From contig NW_027191414.1 in assembly GCF_041146345.1 (NCBI RefSeq), positions 744,001-808,000 of the forward strand: 64,000 nt of DNA, given 5' to 3'. Made by a program: the position numbers and the translations under genes. Positions 1 through 12,674 of this stretch are shown here, in pieces (the first letter of the stretch is position 1; each line of letters starts with the position of its first letter). The notes beneath the pieces were generated by a model, which searched no databases, had not been told where the DNA came from, and worked only from the letters and a program-made list of their open reading frames with translations. Origin of the DNA: Neodothiora populina. Lineage: Eukaryota.

Positions 1-217
1 GGTGATCAGGTCAGTGATGGCCAGTAAAGAGACTCATGCGCCACTCACTGTGGGGCTCATTGTGCTTCTCTCTCAGAGCTCCCAGACGAGCGACCCGGTC
101 GTCTCTGGCAACGGCACTTCGCAGACGGAGAGCATCTCTGCTGTTCTCGTGCAGCGCCGTCGTGTTGCCCTTTTTCTTGTTCACCCGCTTCTGCACCTTG
201 TGGAACTTGGACGGCAT
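1..217 (-). CDS. TMA16: Translation machinery-associated protein 16 (5' part; runs off the window start)
   Basis: ATG at 217 gives MPSKFHKVQKRVNKKKGNTTALHENSRDALRLRSAVARDDRVARL, the typical fungal Tma16 N-terminus (LHENSRD...RDDR). A GTGAGT intron donor lies at 48. Confidence 0.85.
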
Positions 218-562
218 TGCGAGAGTCTTTTCGGTCTGTCTGAAGAATGAATGTCCAATATGGAGATGGCAGGAAGACAGTCTCAGAGAAGGAAAAGAAC
301 AAAGAATAAACACAACAGATACGACACTGTACCAAGGCCACTAGCTCAGCATGAGAGAAAAAAATCCCAGACGCGCTCGACCCTCGAAAATGCCCGATGG
401 AGATAATCATTTTGTATGTCCGAGAGGAGCTTCCTTGCAAGGCTCGGCCCGTTGATCTCTCGTGACAGTACTACGGTACAGTGCCTCGGTATAACCTTAG
501 TACAGTCTCTGATTCGTCAATGCTGAGCGTCAGGCGGCAAGAGTTGCCTTGGAACAGTCCAA

Positions 563-568
563 ACGCGT
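563..568. promoter_or_regulatory. MCB (MluI cell-cycle box) ACGCGT in the TMA16/EXO1 divergent promoter
   Basis: Exact ACGCGT about 280 bp upstream of the EXO1 ATG, followed by TCGCG. DNA replication and repair genes are classic MBF targets in yeasts. Function is inferred. Confidence 0.45.
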
Positions 569-842
569 CAGGTCGCGGCCCACTGTGTCTTCAAGTCAAG
601 GTAGGAGCGTTCCCTTGTGCCTTCTGAATCTGGACTTATTCGCCTCCCCCTTCGTCGGACTTGACTTTTGAGGAATCCCCTTTGCTGTTGGTCAGAGTCA
701 ATAGCAGGTCAATACTATAGCAACAATCCACCATGCTATGAATCAGACGACGATGCAATAACATCTGCCAAACAAAATCCACCCCAATTGGCCATTGGTG
801 GGGCGATTCATTGGTCCTTGTATGGCGCTGAAGCAGAACACA

Positions 843-3083
843 ATGGGTGTCTCAGGTCGGCATCTCCTTCCTACTGCACACAGATCGAGACACAATTTCT
901 TACATGAACAGGTCTGCTCCCACTGCTAAAGTCTATCCAGAAGCCTACGACTCTCGACAAGTTCTCGGGACAAACCATTGGAGTCGATGCATACGGTTGG
1001 TTGCACCGCGGTACCATTGCCTGCGCTATTGAACTGGCCCAGGGCAAACCCACGACCAAGTATCTCTTACCTGTACACTACCACACAAGCTCGACTGACA
1101 CTATACAGATGGCTCAACTTTGTCATGAATCGTGTGCGCATGCTCATACATTTTGGAGTCAAGCCATATCTGGTCTTCGATGGTGACTACTTACCCAGCA
1201 AATCAGGCACTGAGAAGGACCGCGCCGCCAGGAGGAGAGAGAGCAGGAAGAATGGCTTGGAATTCCTCGGCCTCGGCAAGACCTCCCAGGCTCAGCTCGA
1301 ATTGCAAAAGAGTATCGACGTCACTCCAGAGATGGCTCGCCAATTGATCGACGAATTGAAGAGGGCAAACGTGCAATATGTCGTCGCCCCTTACGAAGCC
1401 GACTCTCAGATGGTCTACCTGGAGAAACAGGGAGTCATACAAGCCATCCTCTCCGAGGACTCGGATCTGCTCGTCTTTGGTGCCCAGTGTCTGCTCACCA
1501 AGCTCGATCAGTACGGTGCCTGTATCATGATCGATCGATCCGACTTTACTGCATGTCGCGACATCAGCCTCGTCGGATGGTCTGACTCGGAGTTCAGGGT
1601 CATGTCCATTCTCAGCGGCTGCGACTACCTTGCTAGCATCGACAAGATGGGTCTCAAGACAGCTTATCGCCTTATCAGGAAGCACAAGACGGTCGAGAGA
1701 ATCGTCAAGGCTGTGCAGTTCGACGGAAAGATGAAGGTACCTCCGCACTATCTTGAAGCATTTTACCGTGCAGAAGCTACTTTTCTCTATCAGTGGGTTT
1801 ACTGCCCTCGTGCTCAGGGCCTCGTCAATCTCAGTCCTCCATCTCCAGACGTCAAGCTAGAAGACTTTCCGTGCATCGGTAGATTTGTTGAACCACATCT
1901 TGCGACAGGTGTGGCAAAGGGTGACCTGCACCCGCACACGAAGCAACCGATTGTTGTCGCGACGCCTGCTCGACCCGCCTCACGCCCATTCTTCCCAGCG
2001 CCGCCTCCCTCCGAAACACCGGACCTGAAGAAGAACAAATCCATCGAGTCATTCTTCAAGCGAACCCCACTTGCAGAGCTCGATCCGAACAGCTTCACAC
2101 CTTCGCCAAGCCAGCGACAGCTCCTTCACCGGAGCCCAGCATCATGGTCAGCAGAGCCAGCTGTCACTAGAAGACCACTCATGGCAAGCAACAGTCCTTT
2201 CGCTGCGTCCAGTGCCCCCCAACGGACTAGACGGGCCGTGACAGATACCTTTCCGCCGACTGTACAATCGCCACCGAAAAGACAACGCCTCTGTTCTGAT
2301 GGCCACGTCTCTACGCCCACTCTTGGGGCGAGTCTGCGTGAAATCAGTACAAGCAAATTCTTTCCTTCGCGATCAACTCCGTCTATCAAGCGAGCAGAGA
2401 GTGGTGGTAAAGCTAAAAAATCCGAATTCAATCTATGGTCTGACGATTCGGTGGAAGAGGCAATGTCGCAATTGGCGGACCAAAGCACGAGTCCCAGACC
2501 TAGGAAGGACAAGAAGCTTGCTGTCTTTAATGACACTTCTGAGACTGATATCAAGGAAAAGGATGACGGGTCAAAGACGGGGACGTCACCTCTCGAACAA
2601 TCCAACGAGGATGAAGCGGAGTCGATCTTCACTCCAAGTCTCAAGGCCAACGTTGGTCTGCTTCGTCAATTCACATACTCATCGGCAAAGACCAAGGAGG
2701 ACTCGACTAACCCAGCCAAGCCCGAGTCCGGCAACGAGTCGTCCAACAAAGCCCCCGAAGCACTTGTGCCATGCTCGTCACCAATCCTGAGCGCAGAACA
2801 AACGCAGGAGGACACACACTCCGTGGAAGCACTCCCAACGGCTTTCGACAGCTTCGCCGAAGCAGACTGGACAGAAGCCGAGTCTAGATGTATTACCACA
2901 ACAAAAACGTCCGAAATTCATCCTCACGAAACGACGACAACGGCTACAACGACGGGTCCCAAAGGCAGCGAAGACATGATTGTGCCGGATAGCGAAGGCG
3001 AAGAGGATAATGAGGAGATGTTGGCGACGTTCAAGCATACGGGCTTCAGTTTGAATCTCGGCAGGTTCGCATTTTCAGGATAA
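843..3083 (+). CDS. EXO1: Exonuclease 1 (XPG/Rad2 family)
   Basis: Spliced start MGVSG|LLPLLKSIQKP...GVDAYGWLHRG with introns 856-911 and ~1060-1108. XPG motifs LVFDG, APYEADSQ, SEDSDLLVFG and SGCDYL are followed by a long disordered tail. Confidence 0.95.
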
Positions 3084-3173
3084 ACCAACGGAGAGATATC
3101 ATTGTTTTCTTTTTAGTATCTTGTCCCCCGTCGGGTGTCGTTTTTGTTTTGCATTATTGGCGTTTATCGTGCT

Positions 3174-3200
3174 CAACAGCAGCAACAGCAGCAGCAGCAG
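3174..3200 (+). repeat. (CAG/CAA)n microsatellite
   Basis: caacagcagcaacagcagcagcagcag downstream of the EXO1 stop. Confidence 0.8.
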
Positions 3201-4066
3201 GTGCAGTAAGGAGTAATTGCGGTGTCATGGAGATGAGGGATTGTGATACCGTAGCAGAACAGACCAAGTAGACTTTGTTGTATGACCATCTATCTCACAA
3301 GCATACATTGAGCATATATCGAGCTCACCAGTAAAGGGCATGACTTGTCTCCATGTAGCTATTACGAAAGAAGCAGAACAATGGATCCTTCGTCTCTCAG
3401 GGCTCTTCCTTCCTTCTGCGGTCTTTGGTTTACAGTCTGATAATAATTTCATATTGTTCATCATCGCATTGCGGTCGACCCTGCTACTACATGCCTTGTT
3501 GCGGTAGCCATAGCCCATAGCCACTGCGGGTACAAGAGCGCAGGAACCGAAGAGCCGGAAAGAAAAAGGGGGCAAGAAAACAAACAATAAGAGACAGCAA
3601 AGAAAAGAGGAAATTCCTGCTTCTTTCGTGGTCAAGCCGAGTCGGGGGCAGGAAATAGTACATCCAGTATAGACCACCTTTCCTCTTTCTCTCATTTTCT
3701 GCCTTTCTCGGTTCTGCCCATTTGTTCATTCACCCGTCAAACCATTGCACTTTAGTCCGTCTTGCCCGAGCTATCTAGCCTGTTGACCATCCATCTTTGC
3801 ACGTCTTAGACAACGTGTTTCCAGTGGAAAGGTCATATGATGATGACTCTGCCTTCTCTTTTCCTTTTCCCTTTTCCCTTTTCTTCTTCCTTTGTCGGGG
3901 ACAAGGCTACAAGCGGAGACCAGCAGGGGTAGCGGATAGTCGAACCGAAAGATACCGGCCGTTAGTGCGTAAGAAACAAAGACGAGCTATGATACTGTTT
4001 TGTAAAGCAAAGAAATAGCTCCGGTGAACGGCCTCGCAGGCTAGAAAGACAAAAACAAAAAGGTCT

Positions 4067-5100
4067 CTAGCGGTTCTCAAAGTAGAATTTGCCGAGTTCG
4101 CGACCTTGAGACTTGCCCATGTCCGGGCTCTCCATGGCTCTTTGGGCGTGCTCCTCGCCCGCGCCTAGTCTCTCTTGCACGATGCGCTGGGCCGTCTCGA
4201 GGCCTCCGGCTGAAGATGTGCCTCCTCCCATGGGATAACGAGGTTCCGGGGTGCGATCGACAGTGTCGACGACTTGAGGGTCGTATGTCATGCCGTCGAG
4301 GTATCTGGCGCTTCTCCGCTCCGACGCCGTCTGGGCGCTCACAGGGGTCAGGCTGGAGTCTCTGGCATAAGCGGATGGGAAAGGCGGTGGAGGCGCGGTG
4401 GGCGTGGCCTTGCCCATGCCGGGACTGCCATAACCACTATGTCTGGCCGGGGTCCTGGCGCCCTCTCCGAAGCCCACCAGGCTGTTCGTGTCGGAGGCGC
4501 GGTCGTCGGCGGCAATACTGCTGGTGTTGTCGACCTCCATCTCGCCGTCCATGTCCTGGCTCTCGCTCATCCTGTCGTGGTCGCGGTCGTACACATCGCT
4601 CACGCTGCCGCTGGCCCATGTCGTGCGGCCGCCCACGCTGCCAGTCGCGGATGCGGATCCCACAGTGCTGCGCTCTCGGGCGAGCGTGGGGTTGCCTTGG
4701 GCGTCAAAGTACCCGCTTGTGCCTGGCGGCGGGGCTGCGGCTCCCGGAGTGAGATTTCCCAATGTCGAGGGGCTGCGCGTCGTCGCTACACGTTCGAGGC
4801 CAGCGAGACGGGAAATGCGGTCGGCGCGTTCGGCATCGAGATTGTTAGATGCCGGGAAGGAAGGGTGCGAGGTGTGTGGAAGGTGGCCCCTGTGGCCGTC
4901 CTTGATGGCGACACTATATGTGAGTTCGTAGTTAGCGAGACGTGCACATTTTGCCCTGATCGGAGACGTATTCTCATGACCCACGTGGAGAGCTCAGACA
5001 TGGATGTCGTGGCTGAGTTTGGAGTGCCAGGTACATCAGAAGGTGTCACGGAGGCATCGTGAGGAGGGAGGTTGATCAGCGTGGGTGGATTGGTCGTCAT
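4067..5100 (-). CDS. Conserved fungal low-complexity protein, RfeF-like putative regulator
   Basis: ATG at 5100 gives MTTNPPTLINLPP...PGTPNSATTSMSELST, joined over intron 4914-4984 to VAIKDGHRG. Motifs RADRISRLAGLERV, STVGSASATGSVGGRTTWASGS and terminal LGKFYFE recall Pezizomycotina proteins annotated RfeF. The name is from memory and moderately certain. Confidence 0.75.
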
Positions 5101-5454
5101 GATGTGACAGGAGTGTTGACACAACACAATAGAGAGGAGAGAAGCCGAACAGCCCTTTGTCACGGTATAGAGCGTGAGAGAGGATAAAGTGGGAAGGAGT
5201 GGTGGGGGTTGTTGTACAGCAGCCAGAGACAAGACAGAGAATCTACCAAAGCAGATGCTGTGTACAGATGACGAAGAGAAGAAGACTCGGATCACGATGT
5301 GCAATGATTGCACTTTGGCAACTGTGCTGGAAGAAAAAGATGCCAGAGAAGATTCCACTTTATGAAATGACGTGAGGGGCAGAAACTACAGACACCCACA
5401 CACACACAGATACACAGGAGGTATCGGGTAGCAGAAGTTGGTTTGGGAGAGCTT

Positions 5455-5503
5455 CTGGCAACTGGCAACTGGCAACTGGCAACTAGCGACTAGCAACTAG
5501 CAA
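5455..5503 (+). repeat. 7-bp tandem repeat (CTGGCAA/CTAGCAA) x7
   Basis: ctggcaa x4, then ctagcga, ctagcaa, ctagcaa, upstream of the RfeF-like gene. Confidence 0.85.
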
Positions 5504-6133
5504 CAACAAGCGACTAAGAGAAGGAAGTCGAGCATTTGACCAATTGCTACAGCAATCGACTTCCCACTACCCCATGATCGACAACCGTCTGCAATTCCTT
5601 CGCACGCTTCCAAGTGTTTCAATCTCGTCATTTCACACTAAAGTGCTAAGGTGGGATGAAAGACCCGTGGACAGTACTTGCATTTTCGGGGCCTGCGCAC
5701 AGAACATGGCACTCTGCAAACTGCGTAAGGTGAGGCATCATTACCATCCGTTGTGTGTGTCTGTGTGTGTAACACTAAGGTAGTGGGTACCTCCCTCACC
5801 TCAAGTAAGGTATGCAGGACCCTGTGACGTAGTAGTGTCAATCTTAAATCTGGGCATCGTGCATCAAGGTGAAGAAACCTTGGCTCCCTCACTTTCTACA
5901 TCGTTTGAAATCACCCGAGGTCTGTCGTTCAGCCCTGCCATGCTGTTTTCAAACACGAGCTATCAAAGTAGGAGAGCACCGCATTCGTAGAGAGCAGCAA
6001 GTCCGAGAGTATATATAAACATGAAACACTTGTAGCGTTTCCATCCGCTCCGTAAACGCCAGTTTTTTTACTGTTGTACAATATGTCCACACCCAAGTGA
6101 AACTCGTCATGCCGTTTGCAATCACTCATCAGC

Positions 6134-7198
6134 TTAATCGACAAAGGTCTTCATGTCTGTTTCACATTTCATTAGCAAATTTAGACTCAAAACGTCAAAC
6201 ATGACAAGACTTACTGCCGAGCCACCTGATGTACTCCTTCTGCTCCTTCATGTCCATGTAGTCGGGAATGAAGAGAGCCATGCTGGTATTGATGCCTCTC
6301 TCATCGAGGAAGCGCTCGAGGAGCACTTGGAGGTCTTCGTCGAGCTGTCCGAAAGGAGGTCCAGTGTAGAGCGAGCGACGAGTGTAGTCCTGCTCAGCAG
6401 TCTTGGCCTCGGCAAGTTCGGCCGTGGGGAAGTGGTAGACATTGTCGATGGTGATCTCTCCGTCTTGAGCCAAGCACTCGATCGCAAGTGCGCCCTTGTT
6501 CTCGCGGGTCACGGTGACCTGAACACGGACGGGGAAGCTCTGCTGAGGCTCGTCCTCCTCGTCCATGAGCTCCGGTCGGTCAGCGGCAGAGATGCTGTCC
6601 TCGGGTGCGACGCGCATGTTGCCACCGGCGGTGCGGCCTTGGTTGACGGCTCCCTTGGTGTTGGCACCTCCAGACTGTGTCTCGGTAGGCATGTCGGAGC
6701 CATCATCTTCGTCGTAAAGAGCTGGGTCCTCGGACTCGTCGGCCTCTTGATCAAAGGTGTTGAAGTCGGCAATGGAAAAGGTAATCTTGATCCTGTTTGC
6801 CCTTGTCAGCATATCTGCGGGCAAGACTCGGTAAGCAATGGCGCATACTTCTCGTCACCGAAGGTGCGGGTCAGGTGAACGTCCTCCTGTCCTTCAACAT
6901 CTTCGATCTGGTAGTCGCTGTTGTCGAGGTACTCCTTGATGCTCTCGCGGAAGTCTTCGTCCTGATTCTCTTTCTCCAGGGCAATCTCGGAGTTGAGCTT
7001 GGCTGCAAGCTCCTGGTTGGCCGATTCGTTGTCCTGGAATCTGGAGAGCGAAGTGGAGAAAGGTGCGGCGGCTCTGTTGGCTAAGATGGGTCTCCATGCG
7101 ACAGCCTGGAGTTGTGCTGGTCTCTGCACAACAGTGCGGAGGGCGAGGCGAGAGACATTCTTGGGAACCCCACGGGCAAATGATCGTAGTGACAGCAT
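6134..7198 (-). CDS. MAM33: Mitochondrial acidic matrix protein (MAM33/p32/C1QBP family)
   Basis: Arg-rich presequence MLSLRSFARG, then YTGPPFGQLDEDLQVLLERFLDERGIN and KEQKEYIRWL. Introns 6793-6848 and 6157-6214. The last exon NMKTFVD* ends at 6134. Confidence 0.92.
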
Positions 7199-9117
7199 TT
7201 TGAGATGTGGTATCTGGATGCAAGGGAATAGATTCGGGATGACCACTAGGTTGTCTGGTGGATGAGAGATGGGCAAAAATGTCAATTCCCGAGGCAGGTT
7301 GAAATATATTCTAGGTACTTAGCAAAAGCTACCCGCCGAATCGTACAGAAGTAGCAGCATGTGCTTGAAGCAGTTCGTCGGCGAGTTTAAGGTCCGCTTC
7401 TTGGCGCTAACCGTGCACGGCTGTCCGCTGGTTGTGCTTGTGTTTTGTGCTTCCTGCTCCGGCTTTATGCATGCAGCTGCTGTCTTGTGGAGATAGTGAT
7501 CTGGTACTGTGCCTTTCTGACCCTGTCTCATCCACACAAAGAATGCTACCAGTACAGTGCGGCACGAGAAGCAAGATGATAGGTAGCTAGAAAGTGAACC
7601 CTTCCTGCCAACTCCTTGCAACCGAGAAGACCTGTTGATCAATGTAACCTCAGAGAACATCCGCAAAGCTGCATTCACAGTCACCATGCCTGGGCAGTTG
7701 GTCTTGGCAGGACGCGGCCTAGGATGAACAAACAATTGAGGTCGAACCCAAGCTCCAGGCTTATCGGACCGTGTCAAATTGGGGGCGCCGAACCGTTTAT
7801 ACGTACATTGCTGTATAGCACTTCGTTTCATGCGAGGTGGTAGCTTATATGCCTTCTCCGGTCATGGACTAAATCTCGAGTCTTGCACACGCATACGAAT
7901 ATGCGGTATCATGGCGGCCGGAGCAACATGCGCTGTCAGAGAACGTCGAGTTGACAGCTACGTTATCGACGAGAGGATGGCAGTGAAATAAAATATGACG
8001 AATGGTCTGCGAAGGTCACTTCACTTGACTCCTGAAGTAGTATCGCAAACACGACACCCTACGATATGGAAGAGCATAGCTCGAGTCATTTCACCCCAGA
8101 GCCACTTTGTCGGAGTATGTCAATGAGGTCCGATTCCTGTTTGTAACATTACACTGATGACATACCAATCAAGTTTTAGATGATTCACTAGATGGTTCCC
8201 ACGCGCGGGTAAGTTTGTCCGCATATGAAACATGTCATTCATCTAGGGTAGTAAAGATGTGCAGCATGAGCCCAGATGAGCGTGCTTGTAATGCGCCGTG
8301 TTTATACAATTCAAGATTGAGTCGACGGTGGGAAACCCCCTCCTCTCAGGCTAGTCAAGGGTACAGGAAGCCGACTACTCTAGTCGCAGGTGATTATCAT
8401 TGGATTGGGTCTCTGATTGATTTGATTACACCTTTGAACACAGAAAATTCTAGGCGGATGACTGCAGTAATGATTAGAGGAGCTCGTGCCTCCACAGCTT
8501 CATTGGCGGCTCGAGACGCCGCCAATACCGAAACCTCTAATATAGAGGTCCCGTGCAATAGTAAAGTTTGTTGGGTAGTAACGGTCAAATGCTATGGACT
8601 TTTCTATACACACTTAACACTAATTAAATGCACCCTCGAGTCGAGTACAGCAAGAGAGTCTCGAGCGTGCGCGCCGCAATGTCAAATCCGTATTGCTGAT
8701 ACTAACGCTGCACGTGCTTTTGTCATCCACCTAGGCGATATGATTGGCTTTGTCACTAGCATGCTTCGGCGGTCCCTCTTCATACCTATTCGGACCTCCT
8801 TGTAGCTTCAATTTCGCTCACGTGTCAAGTTCGAGATAACATCAACATCCTGCTGTTCACACCCATATTTGAATCTATATACGATCGAGGGTGAATGACA
8901 ATCAATACGAATCTGACAGACAAGATCTGCAGGGGAAGTCCGTAACCGGTCTGCGAAGCTTATCCCCACCATTTCCAAGCTTGAACGCCTCGAACCATCG
9001 GTGCTAAGTCTTTCTATTAAACATAGGTTGCCACACGGACTGAGGTCCAGAGGTACTTTGCACACAAAATCCTGAACATCTCGGGGAGGTGCTTATTGTA
9101 CACTGTGCATCGCTATC

Positions 9118-11618
9118 ATGGCCGAAGGCGCTAGCAAGCCATTGCAAGATCCTACGGCCGTAACAGACACCACTGATACAGGTGTCGAGGGAAGAGACAA
9201 GCCAAGGCAGATCCGCCGCAGAAACAGAGTCATCGCGAGTTGTCTACCATGTCGGCAGAGGAAAGTTCGCTGTGACAAATTAAGCCCTTGCAGCAATTGC
9301 AGAAAGTTCTCGCGTTCCTGCTTGTACATTGCCCCCGCCTTGGACACTGTTGCCCAGCAGGAATTGGCCGAGCTCAAAGACAAACTAAGCAATCTTGAGG
9401 AGTCTCTCGGTCGAGATGTGATCCGACGAGCAGCTCGCGCGCGTGCACCTCACGGCGCTGAAAGCTCAGGACAGGTATCCGACGACGGGGACGATGGCGA
9501 GGACACGCCCCACGGACCAGACGACGAGAAGGATCTTGAGCCCACTCCGCTCGCAGTCTTCGACCAGCTGTATGAAGAAGATGCTGACGACGAGCTCATG
9601 GATCTTGGCGTGGCCATGGGCAAGTTGAGAATCACCGAACGCATAGGCGGACTGGTCAGGCCAAAAATGGCCGAAGAGGTATGTACTGTCTTGAAAACGG
9701 CAGCTCTAAACACATCTGACGATCCTATCAGCTTCATGCACACCTAAAACAACAGGATAGGGGACAAAGTCAGGCGAAAAGGACCCCTGTCTTCCGTCAG
9801 CAATACGGAGGATACACTTCTCAATCTGGGGTATGGCAACCTGATCCTATGCTTCCTGAAACATATCTGGCTCCAGGCCCAGACTTCATTGCACCATCGT
9901 CGAGCTTCTTTTTCCCAGAGATGGCGAACTCACCCGCAGAGCTCTTCCTTCCCTTCCGTAATTGTTCCGATCAGCTGGTGGCACAATATATGCTCGCGGT
10001 GCATCCTATAGCCAGGACTGTTCATAGGCCCACGTTCGAGAAGCAGTACAATGTATTTTGGGATTGCTTCAATCAAGGAAGCACGCCGCCTGCTCCATTA
10101 CAAGCGCTCATTTTCGCCGCCATGTTTTCTGCCGCCGTCAGCAGTACGGATGTGACAGCGATGCAGATGACAGGTATGCCGAAGACCATGCTTGTAGAGC
10201 AACTTCGAGTCGCCACGGAAGCATCTCTGGCCCGGGCTCACTTTCTGCAAACCACCAAGCTTGATACTCTGCAGGCCTTTGTCATGTATATGATACCACT
10301 TTGCCATAACGAAGTATCTCGGGCTCAATCAGCTCTTGTTGGATTAGCTATACGACTGGCACAGTGCAATGGTCTGCATAGAGATGGCTCCCTCTACGGG
10401 TTATCTGCGCTCGATACGCATGTTCGCAGATTGGTCTGGCACCAGCTGTGCTTTCTAGACATCCGCACCGCGGAGTCCACAGGCCCTCGCCCGCAGATTC
10501 GTCGCGATGAATTTGACACGAAGCTTCCACTGAACGTCAATGAAGACGATTTTCTGGCATCCTCACCGCCGACAGAAGACTCTCCAGTGTGGACCGATAT
10601 GACTTTGCCAAGGATGAAGGTCGAAATATATGACCTTATCCGGCAATTGTGGGATGACATGCAGAGGATGGATCGGAAAAAGACAACATTGACATCCACT
10701 CTAGGCAAAATACAAGATTTTCGCAGCAAGGTCGGTGTGAAGTACATGGCTTTGGTCCGAGAAAATACCCCGATGCACCTGTTGACACGGCAAATCTATC
10801 GAGGCCTCAGCAATAGATCATTCGTGATCATACTGCAACGATATGCGCAAGGTACAACAAACCCAATGCCGGAGCGTCTTAAGCAGATGCTGGTAGAGAC
10901 GGCACTGGCCTGTACCGAATCGGGTATCGCTTTAGACACTCATCCCGAGCTGAAGGCCTGGGCTTGGTATCGGCCTGCGATGTTGCCTTACCATGCTTGT
11001 CTTTTGCTACTGTTGGAGGTGTACAACAGACCTGATATGAAAGAAGCGTCCCGCATTTGGGCTTGTGCAGACTATGTCTTCGAGCTTATTCCCGAACTCA
11101 ATCCGAAGGAAAAGGCCGAAGGTGTTCTCATGGAGCTGCGAGATCGTCTTGGAGTCTATCAGAACTTCAGAAAGGTCAAGGCGTCCACGAATATCGACGG
11201 CCAGACACCTCGCGGCAGCGGTCTGTCTCCTGCCGTCTCGAGGACCAATTCGGAGGCATCCAACCTCACATTCCCCAACATGCAGATGTTCTCTACGCCG
11301 AGTCATGTACCTAATTACAACAGCCCGAACTCGGATCACTCGGGAAGCCGTGGAGGCAATAACTACACACAAGACATGCCTAGCGACGTGGCTATACAGC
11401 CTGTCGCTGACATCGACTGGGTAAGTGACCATGAAACGTTGAGCCAAGATTTCGCTATGCTAACACTGATACAGAACGAATGGGAGAAGCATTTTCCCAA
11501 CGAAGGCATGTCTCATTCAGTCCTGGGTGGCGCAGACCTCTTGGCTGATTTCGAGATGGCGAGCTTCAACCCACATACCAGCTACACCATGATAGCGTCA
11601 AAACACATCTCCAGATGA
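9118..11618 (+). CDS. Zn(II)2Cys6 transcription factor with fungal-specific middle homology region
   Basis: CLPCRQRKVRCDKLSPCSNC...C binuclear cluster. Intron 9679-9731 joins it in frame to the 9849 ORF, which has MHR motifs (GLHRDGS, RRLVWHQLCFLD, FDTKLPLN). A probable in-frame intron lies at 11421-11474. Confidence 0.93.
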
Positions 11619-11721
11619 CATGGCACGCCTGTCTAAATTTCTTACATAATGTAATATCAAAACGTATGGGAATCTTTGTGAACAGACAAAAAGCGGCTGT
11701 ATCCTGACTTGCCAGTATGAT

Positions 11722-12674
11722 CTACATGCCCTTGAACGAGGTGTGGTGCAATGTGAAGCCCTTGGCCGTGCCCAACTGCTTGATAGCATCCTTGAAGTGA
11801 TCCGTCTCGTTGTAAGCCTTGTGCGCATCCACGCTCTGCCATCCCAGAATGAGCAAAATCGCCTTGCCCTGCTTACCCGCGCCGAGGCCTTCGTGCTCGA
11901 CATCCTCCAGACTCCAACCACTAGCAACACCCAAGAAACCCACAGGCTTGAACTCGGAGATGGACGAGGAAAACTTCTCGATAATGCTCTGGTACGAAGC
12001 CTTGTCCTCGAAGTTGACATAGAACGTCGCCATCTCCGTCACAGGGGCGGACAGGGGGATGGCCTGGGCGGCCGACGAGGGGAAGTCGAAGTGGGTCATG
12101 GACAGACCGCCGTCCATGAGGGCCGTCAGCTTTTCTACCATTGGCTGGTAGGCGGGCACTTTCATGAATTTCTGGTGCGCTTCGAGGCTCTCCCAGTCTG
12201 TCCTTTTGTTAGTCTTTGCCACGATGCTGGAGTCTCTGCTTTGTTTGCTTTTTTTCTTATATGTTGTGCATATATGTATACCCGGAGATGCGGGGATTGA
12301 TCAACCACTCAAGGGTGTCCGTGCGATTGAAAAGAAGATTGATCATGAGATATTGTCATTTACTTACTAACGATCAGTTGAGCAACATCTGGGCTCTCGA
12401 CCTCTCGACCGTAGAACAGGGTCTGGAAGCCCTCTTGCTTTGAGACTACATCTATGACTGCCGACTTGAAAGCGCCACCTAGAAAACAAACTCGTTTTAG
12501 AGAGTGAATCGATGTTTAGTGAGGAGATAAAAAGTTATAATACCTGTTTGGCTGCTCTGGTCGACAATGTTGGTTCCCGCTGGAGACAAAGTTGTGAGTA
12601 TGAAAAATTTGTAGCTATAGCTTTGGATATTGCATACCCTTGAGGGGAATGGTGGCTAGCTCGGCGATAGGCAT
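11722..12674 (-). CDS. ABM-like (dimeric alpha-beta barrel) protein with two tandem domains
   Basis: Four exons: MPIAELATIPLK / AGTNIVDQSSQT / GGAFK...KQEGFQTLFYGREVESPDVAQLIV / NWESLEAHQKFM...GWQSVDAHKAY. The repeated W-x-S-x-E/D-A-H motif is typical of ABM domains. Confidence 0.85.

Noticed and set aside
3225..3729. ORFs of 156 aa and 80 aa on the minus strand
   Set aside because: Low-complexity pyrimidine-rich translations with no family motifs. They are more likely the 3' UTR of the RfeF-like gene.
5101..5358. Open frame upstream of the RfeF-like ATG (possible non-AUG extension)
   Set aside because: A pyrimidine-rich leader is naturally poor in stop codons, and the translation does not look protein-like.
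7735..7760. GGGTTCGAC T-loop-like word on the minus strand
   Set aside because: The T-stem does not close properly and no acceptor, D or anticodon arms can be built, so it is not a tRNA.
7319..8805. ORFs of 170 aa (minus) and 196 aa (plus) in the MAM33-TF gap
   Set aside because: No recognisable motifs or codon bias, and the 196-aa ORF starts at TTG. Treated as chance ORFs.
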